Positions 13,338-25,784 of a DNA stretch of 64,000 bases are shown in pieces (positions within the stretch are counted from its first letter, which is position 1; every line of letters starts with the position of its first letter). The translations under genes were made by a program, and so were the position numbers. The notes below the pieces were generated by a model. The model ran no database searches and had not been told where the DNA came from. It worked only from the letters and a program-made list of their open reading frames with translations. Origin of the DNA: Laetmonice hystrix (Eukaryota); the NCBI GenBank assembly GCA_965235115.1, contig OZ249447.1, positions 24,862,001 through 24,926,000 on the forward strand. Reading direction: 5' to 3'.

Positions 13338-16300
13338 TCAGCAGGTGCTGTCAGTTGGGGCAAGCGGCACCTTTGTGTCGACTTGTCGAGATGTGTCTGG
13401 GGTTTTTGCAAGCACTGCTTGGGATAATATACTGAGCCACCTGTAAAAATATGACAACAGTTAGTATTATGTAGAATGTATCACAGAATATAATGGGTTG
13501 ATTTGATGTAAAGGTAATTTCATCCGAACAAGTGTAGCATTATGCTCTGTCACAATGCACAATGGCATCTACTTGCACATTGTTATGTTCATGAGTAAAT
13601 AAATAAATTAATCAATCCAAAAAATATTAAAATTGATTAAGTCACAGTTATCCTGTTACTTACTTCTGGAGCACTACCCTGTCCTCTGCCTGGAAATAGT
13701 AGGCCTTCTTCTGACCCTTGTGGAAGAGTTTAAGGACGTTCTCACGGTCCACGTGATCGTCCTTCGTCACTTCTTGCACCTCGTAACCTGGCAACGGCAT
13801 CGACGTCATGGCATGCACGTCCTGCGTGACAGTCACACACAGTGATGTAGTCAGGAAATCATTAACATGGAGGAAGGGAGGGAGGAGGATTTTGTCACGA
13901 GACAAAACACCAGCAGTGGGTCAGGGAAATTGGCAACCCACAGAGGAGAGATCATGGCCAAATCTTCAGTCACGTTAGTTAAGTCAGTTACGTCTACGTG
14001 AACGTTGACCTCAGGTGGGCGATGGTCGGCCGACGGACTATAAACCGGGCTTTACACTGACTTAAAAAGAGTACGGTATGTTTTACAAGTCAGAGGTTGA
14101 TTTTTTTCTACATTCTTTGTTTTTTATTTGTTTTTCTTACCTGTGGAGCTTTGAAGGAGTAGAGGACAAACGTCCTGTGTGCCGCGAACCAGCGTCTCTC
14201 CCACGTCTTCCTGTCGGTACTCATCAATAGGTGAGAGGATATCATGGCGTCGTCGCTACCTTTCACCTGTGACAAACACCAAGATTATTATTACATTAAC
14301 ACCGACTTGTCTTCCTGTCGGTACTCATCAATAGGTGAGAGGATATCATGGCGTCGTCGCTACCTTTCACCTGTGGTAAACACCAAGATTATTATTACAT
14401 CAACACCGACTTGTCTTCCTGTCGGTACTCATCAATAGGTGAGAGGATATCATGGCGTCGTCGCTACCTTTCACCTGTGACAAACACCAAGATTATTATT
14501 ACATCAACACCGACTTGTCTTCCTGTCGGTACTCATCAATAGGTGAGAGGATATCATGGCGTCGTCGCTACCTTTCACCTGTGGTAAACACCAAGATTAT
14601 TATTACATCAACACCGACTTGTCTTCCTGTCGGTACTCATCAATAGGTGAGAGGATATCATGGCGTCGTCGCTACCTTTCACCTGTGGTAAACACCAAGA
14701 TTATTATTACATCAACACCGACTTGTCTTCCTGTCGGTACTCATCAATAGGTGAGAGGATATCATGGCGTCGTCGCTACCTTTCACCTGTGACAAACACC
14801 AAGATTATTATTACATCAACACCGACTTGTCTTCCGGTCGGTACTCATCAATAGGTGAGAGGATATCATGGCGTCGTCGCTACCTTTCACCTGTGGTAAA
14901 CACCAAGATTATTATTACATCAACACCGACTTGTGTAGTACTTGCCGACTTTTTACGGCAGTCTCTCCAGATTACACACCGTATCCCACGTTTTATTGAT
15001 TAAATTATTGGATTTCTTTTCTACTTGATAACAACTTTGTCACGATCACTACCATCAAGCCGATGAGATCGAGACTATAAATATACTTTCATGCGTAGAC
15101 ATTCCTCAGTCAAAACAACGTCAGATTCCACAACATCTTTCGGAAATCATGACAAAATTAAGAGCATTAGTGATTTAATCATCCTGTTTACCTATTTTTG
15201 CAATAACCGGACCATGGTAAAAATTAAAAATAAAGTTAACATAATTTCAATGCCTTTGGGTTCAGGGGTGAATGTCGCTTTCATCCCATGAACATTATGC
15301 CTATCAACCAGTTGTACTGTGATTACCGTACTACGACAGGCTGAACAGAGCTGTGACGAGAAATGTAGTGAGGACCCCTAGTCCTGAGGACTGCCTCTGA
15401 TTCCTGCTTACCTGGAGGACTCCTCTCTTCCGTGTGACAGCATTGTTCTGTCTCCGTATTGACATGGCCCGGTCACGGCGCCCGGACAACGTACGGTAAC
15501 ACTTGTCACAGACCCGGTCGGGTTTATTATCCTGGTAGGGCAAGGCCCACTTGTGGGACGAGCACTTAGCACATACCACCTACAAAAAACTACATACTTC
15601 ACATCATATTCAAAGAGATTCACGTCATATTATAAAATATTGGAAAAACCTTTACAACCTGGGATAAATCGATATGAATATTCCTTCATACTCCTCAGCG
15701 ATAAAATATAGAAAATGCCAGTATCTGTGTCCCCATATCCCCAAGTCCCTGTTTTGTTTTACCCACTACTTACAATGCCACAGCAGCGGCAGTGGTGTCG
15801 CCGCTTGATGACGGAGAATGCACACCCACACTGCATGCACATACTTGTGTTCTGGTCCTTGACCCAGGTGGGCGCCCGCACCCCGAGCTGGTCCTCCTGA
15901 AACTGGGGCAAAAAAAAACAAACACATGGGTCCTCATCTTCTATACAAATCTGACACCCAAACACATGGGTCCTCATCTTCTATACAAAACTAAGACCAA
16001 AAAACCCAAACACATGGGTCCTCATCTTCTATACAAAACTGCAACAAACCCCCAACACATGGGTCCTCATCTTCTATACAAAACTGCAACAAACCCCCAA
16101 CACATGGGTCCTCATCTTCTATACAAATCTGAGACAACCCACAAACACATGGGTCCTCATCTTCTATACAAAACTGAGACCAAAAACAAACAAACACATG
16201 GGTCCTCATCTTCTATACAAAACTAAGACAACCCCCAAACACATGGATCCTCACCTTCTATACAAAACTGGGACCAAAAAACCCCACACACATGGGTCCT

Positions 16301-19300
16301 CATCTTCTATACAAAAAACATACACCAGTAATATATTATTCTATGCTCACTCCGAGACAAAGATTGGGATAATAATCTCTCCTATTTCTGTGATTTATGT
16401 CACAGAATTAGGTTGAAATTAAGGGTTTATGTAATTTCCTGAAATTGCACTATTTGTTAACCACTGGAGGTAATGTTGTTGGGTGGGCGAATTACAAGCA
16501 GTAGATCATGATTTCCAGTTACAATGCCTCATTGTCGACATTTTTATGATGCCAGGTAGAACTTCCTAACACTGCGAGTGGAACAACTACGTGATGATTC
16601 CAATAAAGCTCGTACTGGGTTTGGTTTTTCTTACACGTTAATTAAACGTTATAAATCTTATGAAGCAAATTGACCTTAAAAACCTTCCCAAGTTTCTTAT
16701 CTACGATTTTTCTGTGTGGCCAAACACGTGCCTTGAAATATGACTTTGTCAAGTAGACCATAGACCTGTTGTTGCCCGTGACTGGAAAACCCGCCGCTGA
16801 GATTCCTCGTACCTAACTTTACTAATTAATGCTACCTGGTCCTGTCCAAGTTTCTAACCGACTCTGTAACTCTGCCGCATTCCCTACGTACGGAGCCCAG
16901 TTGTGTGCAGACTAAAATACCATGATACCTCTCAACAAAAGTGGCAATAGTTATGAAAAGACTGCAGAACACCAGACAACACTTCATCACGCAACTATAA
17001 TTAATTTTCTGATCTGTCGGCGTTACCTGTGAAAGCAGCCCAGATACAGGGGTAAATCAAAACCAATGTAAAGTGTGTTCAAACACCTGCTAGGTTACTG
17101 TTCGCGGAGATAAGGAAAGTGTACCCTCAATGAGTGGATCGTGAACGGACGGTGTTTATCCTTCCCAACCACGGATGTCGTTTCTCAAACCGACACTTCA
17201 CTCAGTCAATATTTACAGCCGGGGTACAGCAAAGTCACGGCTCCATCACACTTTCGGTATTAACAATATACACAAGACATTCCGTAAACACAATGGATGG
17301 TTTTGTCCATGTAGATAGGTGCTTTATAACAGATCTGACCTCAGTGGAAATATCAATTCTACAGCGTCCCTCACGTGTTTCGGAAGTACTTCCTGATAGA
17401 AAAACCTAAACATGATCCAGAAACCAGCTTGGGAGCTTAGGAAATTCTAAACTCTGAGCTGAACCTTGACATTTCCTTCATTGATATACACACCACTGGC
17501 TAATAAAGATATTCACAACTTTATTCATAAGATTTTTCATAACAATTCAGGGTTTCTTAATGAAAAAATGCTTTTAGCTATGGAATTAAAAACTACCACA
17601 TTTTGAAAGAACTCGAATCAAAAGTCTATGATACGACCAGGCAGTGAATGCCCATGATATACCAGAGTAGGAAAGTTTTGATAAAGGACTGATCCCATAA
17701 TGTGATTCAGGAGTACATAAAAAGCAAATAGGGCATAGTGGCTGTCACCCTTTAAGCACAAAGTCGCTAGACAATGGGAAGCATAATTTGTATTTTGGTG
17801 AATCATTGGCTGAAGGAATGAGTTGCAGACTGTAAATTTCCTGCATTCGTTATTTAAACTCTTTGACTTCCGTGTACAAAACTAACGTTCAGGATACTTG
17901 GCCCGGCTTCTGAAAACCTTTTCAAATGTTGTATGCCATCATAAAGGTTCTCTTAGTATCGGGTATGCATGCCTCTGAATCTAGATATCATGTCTAGTAT
18001 GATAGTCACATCCTGAATCTCTGACCACAGGGTATGGTGAAAATATCTTATCCACTCTGGCCATAATCTTTTTTTAAATCTCATTCTAATCAACAAGTGC
18101 TATCTACTCCCTATTGTCCGACCTCTTTGACTAAAATGTATCTATGCCACGAGTATCCGCTATAACTAAGATTATAAAGGTCCAAAGATGGATTGCTGGA
18201 CATTTAAAAAAGGCGGTAGAGGAAGGAAGAGAAAATATCTCATGTCAAAATGCAAAGGTTACTAAGAGAAAATCATTACTCACGACAGAAAGCGACCAAC
18301 CAGGCCATTTTTCCCATTATCTATCTGATATCTTGTCTGACTGAACAATGAGATCCCACATCCGATTTCAACAAGACCTTTTCACAAACTAATTGTACCA
18401 ACTAGAAATCAGCCATAGAGACCAACTACTAGTCAGACAAGCTACCTTGCTGACACCACAACCAACGTGTCCATTTGAGGGTCACTTTCACTGTGTGTAA
18501 CCCACTGTCTTCATGAGTACGCCACCTGGTGTACAGATACCGAAGTATTGCCAACAAGCCTTCTGGTCGTTCTTACGTATCGAATATAACTTACACAGAG
18601 CCGAGCGGTATACCACGGTATGCATTATCGACTTATTGCCAAGGAACATCTTGAGACTAACAATCATCTCAGCATTATCAAAGGTCTGTTAAAAACTAAT
18701 TTTCGGCCGTAAAACGGGCACCCCATTGACTGGGGAACTTACTGTGTATGGAGCCTATTCAACATCAAACTTATTCTTCAACTGCTTTCATCCTTGCTCA
18801 ATGTCAGGACATTTAACAAAATGCAAACTTAAGCCTATAGCTTTCCATTTAGGAGAGGTCAGGCAACGATTGCAGACCTTACTCTAATAGTACTACAACA
18901 TGAACCCATAGTTTCTAAGTAAGACTGTGTCTGTGACCGTTTAACTTACAGTATCTTCTCCTTCGTCGCCATCTACTGAGTCCTTGTACAACACAGTATA
19001 TCATTCTATCAATTTGCTGGAATTTCGTGACCACAAACTTTGTGGCAGCCCAAATTCCTCAGATACTTTGAACCCCAGTGACATTGTGTAAAAATGTCAG
19101 GTTCGAGCGATAAGCAAGTACATGTATGTTAAAAATGGAGTTATTTTAGGGCGTCGTTCGGTCCAACCACTATTTTCTGAAGCCAGCGTGGGCTGGGAGC
19201 TAGCGGTAATGATGTGTGTTAAAGGACAGCAGAGACATATTTTTCCATTCCATTTTTAAAATACTTTCGCTTATCGCTCAAACCTGAAATTTTAACATGG

Positions 19301-22300
19301 TATCACTAGAGTTGAAAGGTAAGTATTTGAGGAATTTGGCCTTGAATTTAACCTCCATTCTATGGTAACATACCAGGCTGATGTATTGTATTGTTTAAAT
19401 TTATAATCTCAGACATCTATCGATGTACCCATAAGCTGAAAGTCGTGATGGTGCCGTTAGATATTCATCAACAGTACACACTATACAATATTTCTATTCC
19501 ATTTGTGTAGCATAATTTCTGAACAAAATTCTTAGAATTTGCTACTGCTTTTGCTGTTAAACACAAAGTTACCAGTACAAGTGATGAATGAGTATGAGTG
19601 ATACTTACTGCTTCAAGAGACTTGAGTCCAGCTTGGCGGGACATCTGTTTCTTTGTGAAGTCTGCGATCACGTTCCACAACATCACCTGCCATTCCATCT
19701 TTTCCCCAGATGAGCTGCAATATTGAGTCGGTTTGAACAGAAGCAATTGGAGCCATTTAACCAGAGGAGAGTTAAGAAACTACACTTAGCAAATATCATC
19801 ACATTCAAGGATCTAAATTTAATGACTTTATATACTGTAACTGATGGTAGTACTAGACCAGGATACACTTACCTCGCCAGCATTTCAATTGTTTTTGTTT
19901 TTGACTTGATGTAGAACGTGTCAGGTGTTTGTAGATTATCGCCCTCGAGAACCTGTGACGACACAAACAGTTTGAAACTGGAACATGTATGATCATATTC
20001 CAAAGGAAAGTTACCGAACAAATAGGAAAGAGTACAGTTTGCAATGTGACTGTACACACATCTTTTTTCTAGTTTTTTTCATGAATCGCTCCAGCTGGCT
20101 GTCAGTCAGCCTTTTTGTGCCATCTGTGCCACGAGACCAGCTGCAGCGTACCTCACTCTGCCCATACCTGCATGCCTTCGATGTCCAGTTTGGTTTTGAT
20201 CCGGTAGTGGTGCAGCAGCCCAATAATGTGCGTCTGACACACGAGTAACATGTCGTTGAACTGAAACACACCCACCGTACAGCCCAACATTAGTACTATT
20301 AGTGCACATCTTAATCTCTATCCTAATCCAGAATATTATCTCCCGCCCTCCCAATTTTCAACTCCTATGAGGTTTTATATAGAAGATTTTAGAGCTAAAA
20401 AAAAATTCTGTGAAAACCTATTCATGAAATATAATTTCCCGAATAACAATTTGCAATGTAACATGATGTTAACAGATTTGTGTGTGTCCGACACATAGTC
20501 TTACCAGGAACAAGTAGCGGTCGTAGTGGACTCCATTGCGAGCTGAGATTTTCACCATCTTGCCTTCCTTCATCAGCTCACGTGTTGGGTCAATCAGATC
20601 TATCATTCCTCCAAACTTTTCATTCAGCTCCAACAATTTCCGGAACTTTTCCTGTACATTCAAATCACAACATTTGTACAAAACCTTTTGTGAATATTAC
20701 ATGGTTTTCATTCTGTGTTTCACATATCAATACAGCCGTTGTACACTGAAAATGTCGCACATTTTTCATGGATATCATTCAGAGGGCCATAAAACGCCCT
20801 GTGGACACTTGGTAAAGATCTAAACAAACCCTGAGAATGACAAAGTGACCCTCACCATTTTCCGCATGGCTTCATTGGAATGGGTGGCTGCAGTCGTCAC
20901 CAACTCTAGAGCCTCTGGAGAAACAAAACAAACCAGAGCTTTTTAAATGGTGCACAAAGCAACTTAACCTTGTCTTGCTAACTTTTGCTAAGTATGGGTA
21001 TGACCATAAAGTATAAAGAATGATTAATGCTCACTTTCTGTGTCTGTGCGGTCATCAGAATCCTCTGGAAGATGTTTTAAATAATCTGGAAAAAAACCCA
21101 AAGCCCAATGAAAACTAGGTGATTACTGGTCAGGGCAACAGGCTGGTTTCAACAATACTGTATATGAAAAATAAATTATTCGAGAAGTTTATTCAGTGGT
21201 GTGGATTCATTAACACTGTTACCAAATACTGCCAGGTATATTACCTTTGAGGAGGAGTTCGTAGCGGGGAACTCGCTGGATGGGTTCTAACATGTGATGC
21301 TGGAGAGTCAACATCCCACACTCTGGCTTTTTCTGTTGAAAAAAGTACCCAGTACATAATTATTACAAAACTCAATAACATTACATGTCATTGTAAATTA
21401 TCTTCAGTTGAAATGAGCACTGAGATCACACACTTGTCCAACTATGGTACATATCAAAACTAGATCCTGTCATTTCAGATTCTTCAGCATCAACCAAGTC
21501 TACAAACACTTATAACGCACTAATAATGCCACCAGGTGGCAGCACATGCAACCGTTTTTCCATATGCCTCACAGAAAATCATCTGAAAGACAAAGTAAAA
21601 ACTCCTGGCTTTCCAGTGCGAGGTATGGCTAATGAAGAACTAGATAACAGAGAAAAGCGATGAAAAATATGCTGCAATCCAACGATTTCCTCTTACCCAT
21701 CCCCCCATCCCCCACCCAGCCTTCAGACCGATTCTCCTCACCTGAACCTCCACCATGATGTTAGCAAAGACTGGACTCCGTTCCTGCCATGTGCTGATCA
21801 TGTTCATGGCATGGTCAAAGTTCTTCACGTACTCCGAGTAGAGTTTGAGGAAGGGAGCAAACTTCTTCATCAAGTCACCAACCTTTGGACAGCTATCCCT
21901 GGATAATCACGTCACAGAGACAAGTCAGTCAAATCAAGCTGCATTTTTTATGGAGTTATTGAGAAATTCCTATTTTAGTATTCAGCGATTTGAATGCCCG
22001 GAATAGCACTTACCATGCTTCCATTCGTTTAACAAGCTGGGGAAGCAGGAAGTCATGATGAAACTGGTAGATACTCTTGATGTTTGAAAACATCTGTGGA
22101 ATGACGTCATCGGGAAACATGTGCTGAGCACGGTTCTCCATCAAAACGCGGAAGTGAAAAATCTGCCAAGAACCAAAAAAATTAAGTTGATGTAAATGCA
22201 TATATGTTACCAGTATATGTATGAATACAGCCATTTTTGTTTATCCTGATCAGAAATTTAAACCATTCTACCCGATTGGGACTTTACCTGGTCAATGAGG

Positions 22301-25300
22301 TGAAGACGGTCCACATAGGCACGTTCTGTTGAGAGTAACTCGTTTGCGATATGGTGGAGTCTGTTGGTAGGTGGGCCTTCCTCAACTGGGGCCGAGCTCT
22401 AGTGGGTTCAACCAAATCATAAAGTCACCAACAGCACAAATTTGTCAAAACCTTTACTTTGCCAACTCCAGCACTTCATTTTTTCTCATATTCCAATTCC
22501 TGATTTTGTAACGTGAAATTCTGATGTTGTAGCTCACTGCTAAATTTTAACCTTCCCAGGTTTAACTAGACTTAATTAAGTGTAGTTTTGGGTAACTCCT
22601 CGGACAGCACATTTTAATATTTTTTATTCCTAATAAATTTATTATCACTCACCTCCAATGACTGATATATCTCTTTTTCAAATTCACTGTCTTCGTCCGT
22701 GAAACTATCAGAATCAAAGTCAAAGTCAGAGTCTGAGAAATTCTCAAACTCATCGTATGTTCCCTCTTCCTCGGTGTGATCTTCACGACCATCCACATTA
22801 CGACGTTTTGGTGTACGTCGTCGCAATGTTTTCCTTCGCCACGTGCTTCGCTTCTTTTGCACGGTAATTTCTATGTTTTCATACACGGGGGTCTGGGGAA
22901 AGTCTTGTGTCGATGGCTGCAAGTTCTCTTCAGTTTTTTGTTCATCAGCAATAGTATTGTTACCGTTTGCATCTAAGCCTTGTTGTGTATCTAGACCACT
23001 ATTGTTTTGGGTTCCAGTTGTTGGACTTTGATCACGAGTATCATCCTTACTGTCTTTTACTGAATGTTGATTGGTCACGGTATCGTTTGAAATATTCATA
23101 GCGGAATCGAGCAGGTCATTTCGACCAGCCTGGTTTTTGTGCACCTCGATGCCCTCATACACGGGGCCAAACATCATGTTTTCATACGGTACATCGCCAC
23201 TGGTCTGACTCCTTCTGTTTAGTTCACCACTAACACCCACTGACTCCATATTGTTTGGGAACTGCCGTCCTGGGGTGTCCTTCTCAGGAAGTTCAGGACC
23301 TTTGTTCCCCTCCCTGTCCTCAAGGACCACCTCAGATACAGCTACCACGTCCGAGGACTTCGCCTCGTCAATATCTTTATAAAACACAGCTTTACCAACA
23401 CGGGTTTCTAAGTCTTTAGAAACATCGGATTTCCCTTCTTCTGTCCCGTAAAATTTGGTTTTGCCCACCGTTTTCCAATCTTCATCCGATCCACCAATAT
23501 CATCCTTTGCCCGGGAAAGTTTCCGCATGATCCCCTCAATGATGTTCTTCTTCTCCCCATTTTTGCCCTTTGACTTCTTTTTGTCCCTCTGGGACTCCGT
23601 AGAAGCAGTGCTGCCAGTAGATATGGACGACACCATTGAACTCGGCCTGTTAACAGTGACGACGTTCAGACTGTGAGAACTCAAGGTGACGTCCTCCTGT
23701 CCTGTGGAGAAGGACTTCAGCAAGACGTGACCTGGGGAGGTTGTCGCTGGGTGCGAGTTGACATGTTCATCCTCATCGTCAGCATCATTTGAATCGGACT
23801 GCTGGGGCCGCACGGGTGGCCTCTCCGAGTCTGACGAGACGGGAGAATCTTTCTTGCTGATAATGTTGATCTGAGGGGAGGTGAGTATCGACTGGCTCGG
23901 CAGTTGTTCCTCGTTACTCGACTGGTCACTGCGGTCGTCGCGACCAGCCAGCCGGATAATGCGCTCCTGGATCAGCTGGGCAGGCGACACATCATGGCCT
24001 CTCTCAGTCAGACCGACTTTCATGAGTTTAGAATGACTTAGTTTAGGGGACCCAGATGGGGTGTGCTGTGGGGAACCCCCAGTCGGAGTGTTGCGAGGTG
24101 AGCTGAGAGGAGATCTTACTGTCGGAGTGTTACGAGGTGAGCCGAGAGGAGATCTTACTGTCGGAGTGTTACGAGGAGAACTTCTCGTGGGAGTGCCACG
24201 GGGTGACCCTGTCCTGGGCGCCCCACTCGGGGTGTTTGCGACTATGGAGGCCGGTAGGGGTGACTCCCTCAGTGCTTCTGGACTCTGAGGTGAACCAGCT
24301 TTCCCTTCAAATGTTGTGCAGGATTCTAAAAGTCGCGGGGACTGAATCGACTGTGGCGATGAGGAGCCAACTAGTGTTTTGTTACTAGGACCAGGTGAAG
24401 GCGGTGGAGGTGGGGAACAATTTGGTCTCCTCAAAGATTCCTTGCGGGATTTTTTCCTGGTCAACCCCACCTGACCTGGTGGGGTACTGGGACTCTGGGG
24501 GGACTCTGGCACTGGAAACTGATGGGGAGACTCGGGGGGTTTCTCCGACTCGTCTGCAGTACCAACTGCCGGTACTGGATCAGGCTTTGTATCTGACTTA
24601 ATGTCTGAAGAGATGACATGTTCTTTATCTATGAGAGAACAGTCCACTCTGATCTCTTGGCCACTCTCCGTGTCAGCTGTACTCTCCTCAACAAAGCTCC
24701 TGATAGGACCTGATCTCCGAGGCAGTATTCTCGTTTGTGCCGCAGTCAAGGCTGAAATTAAGGTGGCCCTTGCTGCCTGACACTTCTGCTTTTCGGTTGC
24801 ATCTCTGTCTTCAACACTGGTCTGGGTTTCTTCGGCAAGGGTTCTACTGGGGCTGGGTTGGTCAGACACCTGGCCAGGTGGACCAGTGTCAGTGACATCC
24901 ACCTTACTACTTTGTGTGAGGTTCACCTTCACGGCAGGTTTTGGTGACACAACCGGTGGTGCCGCCTTCCTTGGCACCTGTGGGGAGGATGGCCTGGATG
25001 AAACTTTAACTTCTGTGTCATCGTCAGCTTTGGTCTTGTTAACACAAGGTTTGGGTGAGACAGGGGGTGGCGCAGCTGGTTTAGGGGATCCACTGGTGGT
25101 CCCCACTGATGGCTTACTTTCACATGCATGAGACTGGACAGTTGATTTTGGAGGTTCTACCCCAGGTTTGGACTGGGATCGTAACTTTGGAATCCGTGTT
25201 TCTTTCGATCCTCGGCGCCTTGATGATAAAGAACTGTTTTTGGTCTGGGTTGCCGATGCGTCATTTTGGTTGACTTCTCTACCACTAGGTGGCAGGCGGG

Positions 25301-25486
25301 CAGATGTTCCGTCCCTCGGTGTGGACGGACTGGATCTGGAGGAGGGACGTGTACCTGACGTACGTGTTCTGGACGTGCCGGAGCCTGACGTTCTCTGTGC
25401 TGATTTGTTAACTTGTTTCTTCCTCAACTCCACTGGCCTATCTTCTCCAGTTTTACCAGGAACTTTAGGTTTGGGCTTTGTTGGCA
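13338..25486 (-). CDS. FGD: FGD-family RhoGEF paralog B, core (large low-complexity exon + DH-PH-FYVE-PH)
   Basis: Exons: 25486-22653, 22398-22288, 22162-22014, 21898-21742, 21332-21245, 21085-21035, 20914-20856, 20651-20505, 20260-20168, 19952-19873, 19714-19609, (18982-18950), 15896-15774, 15579-15412, 14266-14141, 13821-13664, 13440-13338. Motifs [45 protein letters not shown], and second PH WERRWF. Confidence 0.93.
14205..14932. repeat. 104-bp tandem repeat, 7 copies, each containing a 3' splice site plus the first 62 nt of an FGD-B exon
   Basis: Units start at 14205 + 104n. Minus-strand unit is aagtcggtgttgatgtaataataatcttggtgttt(gt/ac)cacag|GTGAAAGGTAGCGACGACGCCATG...AGGAAGAC. Confidence 0.95.
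15915..16320. repeat. Minisatellite, 9 copies, period 40-49 bp, abutting the FYVE-exon acceptor of FGD-B
   Basis: Core catgg(g/a)tcctca(t/c)cttctatacaaa at about 15925, 15965, 16013, 16058, 16103, 16148, 16197, 16242 and 16291. Confidence 0.9.
19050..19339. mobile_element. Degenerate palindromic MITE-like element
   Basis: Left arm ccaaattcctcagatact...aaaatgtcaggttcgagcgataagc mirrors right arm gcttatcgctcaaacctgaaatttt...aagtatttgaggaatttgg. Confidence 0.6.
24082..24179 (-). repeat. In-frame 39-bp coding repeat ([13 protein letters not shown]-like, about 2.5 copies) in the FGD-B large exon
   Basis: gtcggagtgtt at 24082, 24121 and 24160; 13-aa period in the translation. Confidence 0.85.
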
Positions 25487-25601
25487 CTGCAAGACCAACA
25501 TGGGGATTGGCCATTACTCTGGTGACAAAATCAAATTCCTACCCGTACTTCACAATTCATACTGATTCTAGATCAAACAACTAATTCTGTAAAGGTGTTA
25601 C

Positions 25602-25784
25602 CTTGAGGTTTGTCGGTTACAGTTGGGGTGTGCCTGAGGCCTCGGTTTGCGAATGCCCCTGCTGACTTGGACCTGTGCTGGAGACCATCTTTGCTTGCAC
25701 TGCTGCTGTCCCGCCGAGATTTCCTCGCTTCCTGAGATGACGTCCCAGATTTTGTGGTACTGTCTCCATCGTGACGTTTCACTT
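25602..25784 (-). CDS. FGD-B N-terminal exon (EVKRHDG...DKPQG)
   Basis: ctttcag acceptor and CAAG|gtaac donor; 183 nt, phase 1-1; joins in frame to the large exon at the gtcttgcag acceptor (25486). The acceptor choice is uncertain. Confidence 0.6.

Noticed and set aside
14244-15003. Repeated 64-79 aa plus-strand ORFs
   Set aside because: They are by-products of the 104-bp array, antisense to a real exon, and the unit length is not a multiple of 3.
25487-25514. ATG at 25514 as the start of FGD-B
   Set aside because: A good phase-1 acceptor at 25486 links in frame to upstream exons. An internal-start isoform is not excluded.
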